Notes: generated from the letters alone by a model not told the origin. Counted from the first letter of the stretch, positions 1 through 8,300 are shown. The stretch: DNA of 13,931 nt from Pseudomonadota bacterium (GCA_043822785.1 JBDRBN010000001.1:1-13931); one strand, 5' to 3'. Made by a program: numbers and translations.

Positions 1-1366
1 CTTTGACGCGAAGATTATCAGCGCCGTCATCCTCAAGGCCGTCTCCGGCAAAATCCGATACATCGATGTCCAGTGTGACATCGCCGGATGTTCCGCCGCC
101 CTGCAGGCCGTCTCCGGCAATCACTGCTGTGATGTCGCCGCTTCCTAAGGCCACCCAGGCAGATCCATCATAGACCTCAAATGTGTTGTTGTTCTCATCC
201 CATCCGATGTAACCTTCGCCAGATGAAGGGGCTATCGGTGTAGCGCCGATTTGCGGCAAGAGCAGACCCTGTGGAGAAGCATCATCATGCAGTATTGCCG
301 AGAGGTTGAGAAAATCTCCGTCAGCAAACGTGATGGTCGGTTCGAGTTGGGTTTCATCAATAGAGTTATCCTTTACCTCTAGCTTGTTTGTAATGCCATC
401 TATGCCGATCGTGGCATCGTCATAATCCACCTTGATGCCTGCAGCCTCTACTGCGATGCCCTGATTTGCTTGCGCCTGTACAGCGATGCTATCTGCTGCA
501 ACCAAGATTCCGTTTCCAGCACCAGCGTTTAGCGTTACATCTCCACTTGCACCTCCACCGGTTAATCCCGCACCAGCGGTGACAGATGTTATATCTCCGG
601 TTCCTGCATCCATTGCAGTCCAGGTAATTCCATTGTTAGAAAACTCCCACTTGTCTGTAGTCGTATTGTAGCGAAGCGCCGGCTCGTTAGCTACGCCCAG
701 ATTGGCGGCTATGACTACGTTTTCGTCTACAGATCGTCCTATAGAGAATCTGGTGTTGTTGCTGGAGAAAGCGGCGAGTTTGCTGCTGGATATGTTGCCA
801 GAGAGCTTGTCGTCATCGACCGCGCCGGCAACTATGTGCTGGGTTGAGATGGCATTGTTTGCGATGTTGCTTCCGGTTAGCTGCTGCGACCACAGAAAAA
901 AGTCAGCAGGTACATAGCCCTGCAGGGTTTGAGAGACTGTTGAATAGGCACTGGTGACGATTTCTATGTTTGGTTCCAGTAGCGCCATGTTGTTTTGTTC
1001 ATCCCTGAACCAGGTTTTGAGATAGAGCCTCTCAGCGCTGTCGAATATGCCAAGGTCAAGTGCCATCATGTTGGGCAAGGAGGTGTCTCCCAGATTAATA
1101 TAGACGACTCCCTCCTGTATTGGGGAGGCAACCTCATCTAAGGGCTCTCCTCCATCCACACTGGTTCCGTCATTGGACCATCGCGTGACATTGCTCTGGT
1201 CAACGATGACAAATTTGAAATATCCAGTGCCTGTATATGGCTCATCGTTGACAGAGATGTGCCCCTGGTAGGGTATTTTGGCAGGCACCTCTGCGCCCAA
1301 AACCAATTTTGGGCAAAAGAGAAGACCTGCGGTTGCGATTATTACGATTAAAGTTTTGAGTTTCAT
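1..1366 (-). CDS. Large secreted protein with phage tail-fibre-like modules (putative fibre adhesin), 3'-truncated by the window edge
   Basis: Not in the ORF track. Manual translation from ATG at 1366 (upstream GGGGGTGAGGG SD-like) gives 455 codons with no stop to the window edge. It begins with the signal peptide MKLKTLIVIIATAGLLFCPKLVLG-A, then VPAKIPYQG...GTGYFKFVIV...WSNDGTSVDGGEP...LYLKTWF...TSAYS. Next come IANNAISTQHIVAGAVDDDKL repeats and two modules, each an aromatic knob motif (LRYNTTTDKWEFSNNGITW; GYIGWDENNNTFEVYDGSAW) followed by GDITxVxAGxGLxGGGxSGDVTL. Confidence 0.9.
   Translation of the reverse strand, partial: MKLKTLIVIIATAGLLFCPKLVLGAEVPAKIPYQGHISVNDEPYTGTGYFKFVIVDQSNVTRWSNDGTSVDGGEPLDEVASPIQEGVVYINLGDTSLPNMMALDLGIFDSAERLYLKTWFRDEQNNMALLEPNIEIVTSAYSTVSQTLQGYVPADFFLWSQQLTGSNIANNAISTQHIVAGAVDDDKLSGNISSSKLAAFSSNNTRFSIGRSVDENVVIAANLGVANEPALRYNTTTDKWEFSNNGITWTAMDAGTGDITSVTAGAGLTGGGASGDVTLNAGAGNGILVAADSIAVQAQANQGIAVEAAGIKVDYDDATIGIDGITNKLEVKDNSIDETQLEPTITFADGDFLNLSAILHDDASPQGLLLPQIGATPIAPSSGEGYIGWDENNNTFEVYDGSAWVALGSGDITAVIAGDGLQGGGTSGDVTLDIDVSDFAGDGLEDDGADNLRVK
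71..139 (-). repeat. Intragenic protein repeat, copy 2: GDITAVIAGDGLQGGGTSGDVTL
   Basis: See copy 1. An exact 16-bp direct repeat AGGCCGTCTCCGGCAA (36-51 and 105-120) also encodes two AGDGL units. Confidence 0.85.
530..598 (-). repeat. Intragenic protein repeat, copy 1: GDITSVTAGAGLTGGGASGDVTL
   Basis: Matches copy 2 at 71-139 (GDITAVIAGDGLQGGGTSGDVTL), 459 nt (153 codons) away, with diverged codons. Confidence 0.85.
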
Positions 1367-1417
1367 GACCCTCACCCCCAAATCACGCCGCATTCCATTG
1401 GACTGCAGCGCGGCATC

Positions 1418-1657
1418 TTACTTCTGTTCGTACAGCCCTGAGCTGTCCGAACGCTTACCTGATTGCAACGAGCCGCCTAGCACCTGGTGGGCTTTATAAA
1501 CTCCACCAGTTGATGTGGCGCCGCCCGATGTTGTTCCAAACCTATTTTCAGCAGGAGCAGCTTGAACATTACCAGAATCTATTGTTATCCTGCCGGAACC
1601 GCAGGCGCTAAGGAGCGCTACAATTGCCGCCAGAAAAAATATTATTTTGATCTTCAT
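1418..1657 (-). CDS. Small (79 aa) putative lipoprotein, function unknown
   Basis: Start re-assigned from 1693 to ATG 1657, which has AGGGG upstream and avoids overlap with the upstream gene. MKIKIIFFLAAIVALLSA-C has a canonical lipobox LSAC, and the mature part is Gly/Ser/Thr-rich (GGATSTGGVYKAHQVLGG). Confidence 0.8.
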   Translation of the reverse strand: MKIKIIFFLAAIVALLSACGSGRITIDSGNVQAAPAENRFGTTSGGATSTGGVYKAHQVLGGSLQSGKRSDSSGLYEQK

Positions 1658-1673
1658 AAGCTGTGCCCCTAAA

Positions 1674-3362
1674 TTAGTTTGACCTCGCCTCAATTGCAGC
1701 GATAGCCGAGTTGATATTTCCTTCTAGCTCGGAGTATCGGCCACTCGTCTTGAGCATGATCAGGTCGACCTTCTCGTCAGAGCTGCCGTATTTGCGCAGC
1801 ATCTCGATGGCGGTTTGTATGAGCTCGCGCTCGTTTGTCATGGATATGATGCGCGTGGCCACAGGCGCGCTGTCTTTTCCCAAGACATTACCTATGCTGT
1901 TCAGAGCCAGGTTTCTCAAACCAGGCTCACTAGCCTCCCAGACAACTTTTTCGAAAATCGAGACTGCCTTTGGAGTTTTCTGATTGCTCATGGCCTGGAT
2001 TATCTCTGCCTTCACGCCTTCCTTTTCATCAGGGTGCGTAAAGAAATAATTGCTGAGCACATTGAATGATTTCTCGTCCTGGATTCGACCAAGAGTTCGT
2101 ATGAGCTGTAGCTTTGGTATTTCTTCAGCCGAGTTCAGATTGGGCTCGATGTGTTCGATCGCAACTGCCCCTCGCTTGGCTACAAGTGGGATGAGCAGGT
2201 TAGGCAAATGTTGCAATTTGGGGTCGTTGGATTTTGCAATGAGCGCGACAAGAGAAGGAATCTCTTGATCGGTTATGGTGTTTTGAAGTGAACTGGCTGC
2301 CCACTGGTGAAACTGCTGTGTAGCTTCTTTATTTGAGAGGAGGCTTATGAGGATTTTGCGAGCATTCTGGCTGCTGTCATAGCCTAGCGCCTCTATGGCG
2401 ATCTGTTTTACCTGTTCCTCTTCATCATTGATTATTAACTCGCCAAGCCTTTGCGTTACATCTTCTTTTTCAAACTTTCCAAGATGCTTGGCTGCATTCT
2501 GACGGAGCGCTGGCTCCCTTAACATCTCGAATAGAAAATCGACGGCTTCATCGCTGCCTATCTGGGCAATGGCATCGATGCTAGCAACTCTTACTTTGCT
2601 GTTTTCAGATGAAGAGACGATTTCGCGAAGCGTATTGAGTGATTCGTCATTCTTGCTATTGCCCAAAAAACCTATGAGGGACAGTTGTTCCTCAACGGAT
2701 TTTTCGCTATCTTCAGAAGTTGCATCATAAAGTTTTGTGCTTGCCAGCTGGATGTAGTTTCGCTGCTGTTTGGATTTGCTTAAAGCCTCTGCTGCTGCAT
2801 TTCTAATATTTCTGTCGTCCTCAGAGCTTACCATTTGAAAGAGTTTGTCTGAGGCGTTTGCGTCGTTGACTGCTCCCAAGGCATGAGTGAGCAAAATCTT
2901 TTCGTTGATTGGACGGTCTTCATCCAGCATCGTCTCTATGACTGACGGGACTCTGGTTTTAAAATTTTCGATCTTGGAAAGCGATTTGATGTCAGCGAGC
3001 AGCTGTTTGATTTTCGCAACATCCTTATTTGGGTTTAGCGAGATGAGTTCTATAAGCGTGTGATTTAGGGCCTGATCGAGCATGATTTCATCTTCAGAGG
3101 GTTGAGGGATCTCATCTTCAGCGAGCTCCATTTGATCGAGTTGCTTGGATTCAGATTCCGTTAGCTTTAACTGCAAACCCTCTTGGAGTTTTTGCATCTC
3201 AACAGACAAATTTTTTGGATGGGAGATGGGTGTGGCAATTACGTTCGAATCCTTTGCATCCTCTTCTGCGCTTTTATGTGAACTGCAGCTGCCAAACAAA
3301 AGCGCAGCAAAGGACAAGAAGATTATCATCATGTATGCTGCTAATGTGTGCACATAAATCAT
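1674..3362 (-). CDS. HEAT/PBS-lyase-like repeat protein with lipoprotein-type signal peptide
   Basis: Long ORF (track start GTG 3374; ATG 3362 follows GAGGT at good spacing). It has a hydrophobic N-terminus ending LLFGS-C and many alpha-solenoid repeats (IRNAAAEALSK, VRVASIDAIAQIG, LRQNAAKHLGK, VKQIAIEALG, LRNLALNSIG). Confidence 0.85.
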   Translation of the reverse strand: MIYVHTLAAYMMIIFLSFAALLFGSCSSHKSAEEDAKDSNVIATPISHPKNLSVEMQKLQEGLQLKLTESESKQLDQMELAEDEIPQPSEDEIMLDQALNHTLIELISLNPNKDVAKIKQLLADIKSLSKIENFKTRVPSVIETMLDEDRPINEKILLTHALGAVNDANASDKLFQMVSSEDDRNIRNAAAEALSKSKQQRNYIQLASTKLYDATSEDSEKSVEEQLSLIGFLGNSKNDESLNTLREIVSSSENSKVRVASIDAIAQIGSDEAVDFLFEMLREPALRQNAAKHLGKFEKEDVTQRLGELIINDEEEQVKQIAIEALGYDSSQNARKILISLLSNKEATQQFHQWAASSLQNTITDQEIPSLVALIAKSNDPKLQHLPNLLIPLVAKRGAVAIEHIEPNLNSAEEIPKLQLIRTLGRIQDEKSFNVLSNYFFTHPDEKEGVKAEIIQAMSNQKTPKAVSIFEKVVWEASEPGLRNLALNSIGNVLGKDSAPVATRIISMTNERELIQTAIEMLRKYGSSDEKVDLIMLKTSGRYSELEGNINSAIAAIEARSN

Positions 3363-3503
3363 AACGTACCTCACATCGTCCGAGGCGATGATCTTGATCC
3401 ATTTTCAATTTATTCTTCTAATCAGGCGGGGTTAAAGTAAGAGAGGGCTACCCCTAACCCTCACAGAATAAACAGAAAAACCCCACCTCTATATGTACAT
3501 GAG

Positions 3504-3519
3504 AGCAAGTGCTATGCCA
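3504..3519 (-). promoter_or_regulatory. Sigma54 (RpoN) -24/-12 promoter for the leftward operon
   Basis: The minus strand reads TGGCATAGCACTTGCT, matching TGGCAY-N5-TTGCW with exact GG-N10-GC spacing. It lies about 140 nt upstream of the HEAT gene, in the correct orientation. Confidence 0.75.
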
Positions 3520-3545
3520 TGAAGGGGGATCCTATTTCAAACCCA

Positions 3546-3558
3546 TAACCCGATGATT
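3546..3558 (-). promoter_or_regulatory. IHF-like binding site
   Basis: Minus strand AATCATCGGGTTA versus consensus WATCARNNNNTTR (one mismatch), with an AT-rich flank. It sits just upstream of the -24 box, the usual position at sigma54 promoters. Confidence 0.5.
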
Positions 3559-3687
3559 TCACTGATTTTTATTGCATATTTTGGATCTGAAATTATCCAT
3601 TGATGGGTAGAATTAAACCCTGGGAAGGAAGTATTTTGACGCTCATGAAGAGAATTAAAAACCAGATGCGTGGATTTCATTAGTCTT

Positions 3688-3716
3688 TTGACTTGTTTAT
3701 TTCACAAGTGTACGAA
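3688..3716 (+). promoter_or_regulatory. Possible sigma70-type promoter of the tolC-RND pair with an overlapping palindromic operator
   Basis: TTGACT-17 bp-TACGAA (weak -10). The inverted repeat ACTTGT-N7-ACAAGT (3691-3709) overlaps the -35 and spacer. Confidence 0.35.
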
Positions 3717-3744
3717 ATCGGGTCAAATATAAGCCGGAGGATGG

Positions 3745-5235
3745 ATGTCTCGTAAGTTACTTATTACCCTGATTTTTTTCTCTCTCATTTGCGTTGCTTC
3801 TGCTGCTGTAGCAGAGGATGTAGTACACCTTTCACCTGAAAAGGTCGAAAATATGGTACTTGAGCGCAGCTTTGGGGTAAAGCAGGCGCAGATGACCAGG
3901 GACGCTGCATCCGAGTCCATCCCCGAGGCGAAGGGCGTTTTTGATACGATTTTATCTGGATCCAGTTCCTATCAATTCGATAAAAGTAAACAGCTTAGCC
4001 CAATATTTGGCACGCGCACTGACACAGTCACATGGGGGCTTGGTTTAACAAAAGAGCTTTCTCCCACAGGCACTACGCTGGGTCTTTCGTTGGATAGCGA
4101 ATGGACGAAGACTTTAGGCGCGCTTCAGGTCAACAATCAACCCATAATTCCGCCGTTTGGAAGATATGAACCGGTTTTAGGTATTTCGCTTTCTCAGCCG
4201 CTCATGCAAAACGCCTTTGGCATGCTCGATCGAGGTGCAGTCAAAGAGGCAAAGCATTATTACACATCAGCGGATAACAGCATAAAGCATGAGATTGACA
4301 AGCTGATTCATGAGGCGCTTATGGATTATTGGGCGGTTTTCTTTACCAGGCGCCACCTTAAGGCCTTAGAGCGATCCATAGCATTTGCCAGTGAGTTTCT
4401 TCACACCACGCTTGAGGAAAAGACTTTAGGCATAGCAGAGGATACGGATGTGCTTGCTGCGCGCGCAAATTTGCTCGAACGCAAAAACGAATACGCGGCG
4501 TACAAGGAACTTGAAAGAAAAGAAGAAGAAAAGTTGCGCCAGGATTTGGAACTTGAACCGTATGAGACGCTCATGCTTTCAGACAGGCTCCCTCCAAAGG
4601 AAAGGATAAAGTACGGAATAGACGCTATGATAGCCAAGGCTTTTGAAGAGCGCGGTGACTACCTTGCTGCTATCGAGGAGGTGAAGCGACAGAGGGTAAG
4701 GCTTACGATGGCCAAGAACCGTCGTTGGCCTCAGCTCGACCTTGTATCTACGCTGGATCTTAACGAGATAGACAGAAGCTATGTGGATGCATTGGGCGAT
4801 ATGGATAGTCCTAACCTCACCGTAGGTCTGACCCTTCAGATACCGCTTGAAAATCGCGCTGCACGTGCAGATGCAAGACGCAAAGAAGCCGAGAAGGCAA
4901 GGGCTGTGTTTGCGCTAAAGGATCTTGAAAATCGCATCTCAAACGAGATTACACAGTTGGCTGAGACTGTAGGCAAAAGGCTGGATATTGTTGAGACAAC
5001 ACAAGAAACGCTTGGCCTACATTTAGAAAAACAAAAGTTGGAGCTAGGAAAGTATAGCCAGGGCAGGTCTTCATCAGATCTTGTAAAACGATATCAGGAC
5101 GATTCAGTACTCGCCCAACGCAATCTGTTTGAAGCCTGGCTTTTGTATCAGAAATCGCTTTTGGACCTTAAGCTTGCACAAGGAGCCATGGTAGAGGAAG
5201 CGGAGATAATTCAGGAGACTGATATAAAGCCATAA
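3745..5235 (+). CDS. TolC-family outer membrane efflux protein (OMF)
   Basis: 496 aa with GGAGG SD and a signal peptide (..ICVASAAVA-E). It shows two OEP-like halves (LSQPLMQNAFG; RGDYLAA...RRWPQLDL...VGLTLQIPLENRAARA) and lies next to an RND gene. Confidence 0.9.
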   Translation: MSRKLLITLIFFSLICVASAAVAEDVVHLSPEKVENMVLERSFGVKQAQMTRDAASESIPEAKGVFDTILSGSSSYQFDKSKQLSPIFGTRTDTVTWGLGLTKELSPTGTTLGLSLDSEWTKTLGALQVNNQPIIPPFGRYEPVLGISLSQPLMQNAFGMLDRGAVKEAKHYYTSADNSIKHEIDKLIHEALMDYWAVFFTRRHLKALERSIAFASEFLHTTLEEKTLGIAEDTDVLAARANLLERKNEYAAYKELERKEEEKLRQDLELEPYETLMLSDRLPPKERIKYGIDAMIAKAFEERGDYLAAIEEVKRQRVRLTMAKNRRWPQLDLVSTLDLNEIDRSYVDALGDMDSPNLTVGLTLQIPLENRAARADARRKEAEKARAVFALKDLENRISNEITQLAETVGKRLDIVETTQETLGLHLEKQKLELGKYSQGRSSSDLVKRYQDDSVLAQRNLFEAWLLYQKSLLDLKLAQGAMVEEAEIIQETDIKP

Positions 5236-5238
5236 TTT

Positions 5239-5325
5239 TGTCATCGCGAGCCCAGCACCAAACGGTGCTGGGCGTGGCGATCTCCATGGATTGAGGGGAT
5301 TGCTTCGCTGACGCTCGCAATGACA
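5239..5325. repeat. Palindromic dispersed repeat (REP/RPE-like, GTCATTGCGAG...CTCGCAATGAC type), copy 1
   Basis: Terminal inverted repeat TGTCATCGCGAG / CTCGCAATGACA, perfect inner hairpin GCCCAGCACC-AAAC-GGTGCTGGGC (5250-5273), and a GGCGATCTCC / GGGGATTGCT arm. A related copy is at 13860-13931. Confidence 0.8.
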
Positions 5326-5341
5326 CGACTGAGGAAATACA

Positions 5342-8300
5342 GTGAGAAAGATTTTTGAGTTTTCAATTCGTCAGCCATTGTTTGTAAACCTGCTTACGCT
5401 TATGGTGTTTGTAGCAGGCATATTAGCGATTATAAATCTTAACCGTGACACGTTTCCCAATGTCACTCTTGATATTGTGGCTGTGAGCACAACTTATCCC
5501 GGTGCCACGCCTCAGGAAGTCGAGAAGCTGATAACCATCCCCATTGAGAAGGAACTCAAGGAGGTGGATGACATAAAGGAGATGGCGTCCGCTTCTATTG
5601 AGGGCCGCTCTGATATCATAATCGAGATTGAGCCCGATGCTCCTGACAAGAACAAGGTGGTAAACGACATTCAGCGGGCAGTGGATAAGGCAGAGGACCT
5701 GCCCGATGATCTTAAGGAAGAGCCCCTCGTCACCGATATCGAAATGCGCGACCATCCGGTGGTCGAGGTGTCGTTGTCCGGCGACTTTACGGAACACGAG
5801 CTGATAAAGCATGCCAGGGTAATTGAAAGAATGCTCTTGGATCTGCCGGGCATAGCAAAGGTGGTGAGAAATGGCTGGCGGGAGGAAGAAATATGGGTCG
5901 AGGTAGATCCTGAAAAGGTAAACTCGTATCAGCTGTCGCTTTCCGATGTCGTGACTGCCCTTAAAGCACAGAATGTTTCCATTCCGGGCGGCAGCGTCAT
6001 AATCGGCTCAAAGGAAAGCCTGATCAGAACCACCGGAGAGTTTGAGACGCCTCCTGAGGTAGAGGAGGTGGTGCTAAGGGCAAACGAGCTTGGGCACTGG
6101 GTTCAGGTAAAAGATGTGGCAAAGGTCTCGAACAACTTTGAGCCATACACTACGATTCATCACACAGACGGAAAGCGCGCGATCAACCTGATTGCGGTCA
6201 AGAAAGAGTCCAGCGACGTTATAACGCTTGTCGATCAAATAAAGAACGTAGCTGATGAATATAAAAAGATCGGCCCCCCCAATCTTAATATCAGCATCGT
6301 AAATGATTTCTCATATTACGTGAAGCGTCGCCTCAATGTGCTGGTGAATAACGGCTGGATAGGCATAACCCTCGTCGTAATATGCCTGTTCTTGTTCCTT
6401 TCGGCGCGGGCCGCCTTTGTCACGGCAATCGGTATTCCCACGGCATTCCTCATCACGTTTTCTGTGATGTATTATTCAGGCATCACCATCAACTTGCTCA
6501 CCATGTTCGGGCTCATAATGGTTTTGGGCATGCTTGTGGATGACGCGATCATCATAACCGAAAACGTGCACCGCAGAATAGCCGGAGGTGAAAAAGCCGC
6601 CGATGCCGCCATAAACGGCACAGATGAGATATGGCGTCCTGTGCTAACAACGGTTCTCACCACCATAGCCGCATTTGCTCCGCTTATGTTCATGAGCGGC
6701 ATCATAGGCAAGTTTGTCTTGTATATTCCGTTGGTCGTAATAATCGCTCTCATGTCATCGCTTTTACAGGCATTCATCATATTGCCCTCGCATATCGTCA
6801 TGATCGAGCGCTTGCCGCATCATCCAAAATTTGCGCGGTTCCACACAGGGCTCATGGGCAGAACATTTGCGCGTTTCACGGATCGCTATGTCGCTCTCTT
6901 GAAAAAGATCATTCGCCACAGGTGGCTGACCGTGAGCGCGGCTCTCACATTTATTATGATATCGCTGTATATAGGCATATTCCATCTGCCCATGGTGCTC
7001 TTTCCCCAGAGAGGAATCGATGCCTTTTATGTGCGTGCCAAAGCGCCTATTGGTACGCCGGTTGAGCAGATGGAAAAACTGATGGAGCGACTTGAAGGCG
7101 AAGTAGAAAAACTTCCGAAAAGCGAGGTGGATAACATCATCACCTATGTCGGCGTCGTTCAGCAAGATGCAAACGATCCGTATTCCGAACGCGCAAGTCA
7201 TGAAGGACAGATATTGGTGCTGCTCAAACCCCAGGCTGATAGGGAAATGACATCCGATGAACTAATCAATATTTTAAGAAAATCGACAAAGGGCTTTAAT
7301 GAATTCACCGAGATATCTTTTGATAACGTGCGGCCCGGGCCGCCTGTTGGAAAACCCGTTGTGGTTCGTGTGAGGGGTGATGACCTTCCTGAGCTCGATT
7401 CTATCGCAGATGAGATCAAGGGATATTTAGCCACGATCAAAGGGGTCTCCGACATCCGCGATGATTTCGAACGTGGCAAAGACGAGATCAGGGTCAAGGT
7501 AAACGAGCGCCAGGCGTCCAGGGCAGATCTTGGCGTTCGCGATGTGGCTTTGTCCACCCGCTCGGCTTTTGAAGGCGCTATAGCGACAACCATCAAGCAC
7601 GCTGATGAAGAGATCGATGTGAGGGTACGTTATCCGGATGAATGGCGCTATCGGACGGGCGCTCTCGATAAAGTGCTCATTCCCAACGGCCGGGGGAACT
7701 TGGTGCCCATAACCGCCATTGCGTCATTTGAGACCACGCAAGGAATCAATGCGATCCGTCACTTTGACAGAAAACGGGCTGTCACCGTGACCGCGAACGT
7801 TGACGAGGTAAATGCCACATCCATAAGCGTTACCAAGGCTGTGGCAAAGCAGTTTAAGGATCTGCCCAGACAGCATCCCGGCGTTTCTCTGGACTTTGGC
7901 GGGGAGTGGGAAAAGACAGAGGAGTCGTTCAGGGATCTTAAGATGGCCATGGTAGTGGCTGCGTTCATTATCATGATAATTTTGGTCTTTGAGTTCCAAT
8001 CACTTCTACAGCCGCTTATCGTGCTCATCGCAGTGCCATACGGATTTGTAGGCGTGATCTGGGCTTTCTTGATTCACTTTGAACCCAAGAGCTTTCTTGC
8101 CATGATGGGCGTGGTGGGCCTGGCCGGCGTGGTGGTCAATAACTCCATCGTGTTCATAGATTTTGTAAACAAGGCAAAGGCTCAGGGTCATGAGCTGAAG
8201 GATGCATTGGTCGAGGCAGCAAGGCTAAGGCTTAGGCCCATATTCATAACAACGATCACAACTGTATTTGGTCTGCTTCCTGTGGCTTATGGTTTCATGG

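Noticed and set aside
1313..1324. Lipobox in the fibre protein (LLFC, Cys18)
   Set aside because: Phe at -1 does not fit the [GAS]C consensus. SPI cleavage near VLG-A is more plausible.
1..1366. Prophage or tailocin interpretation of the fibre gene
   Set aside because: The protein has a Sec-type signal peptide and no phage genes are adjacent in the window. This cannot be fully excluded because the left context is missing.
486..1499. Plus-strand short ORFs 486-671, 702-917 and 1278-1499
   Set aside because: They are antisense shadows of the long minus-strand fibre ORF and the lipoprotein gene, with no recognisable motifs.
1658..1693. ORF-track N-terminal extension MRRGQTNLGAQL of the small lipoprotein
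   Set aside because: It overlaps the HEAT gene end. ATG 1657 has an SD-like sequence and gives a canonical signal peptide.
5239..5325. tRNA or riboswitch reading of the cloverleaf-like element
   Set aside because: It has no T-loop GTTCRA, D-loop or CCA pattern, and it matches a dispersed palindromic repeat with a second copy in the window.
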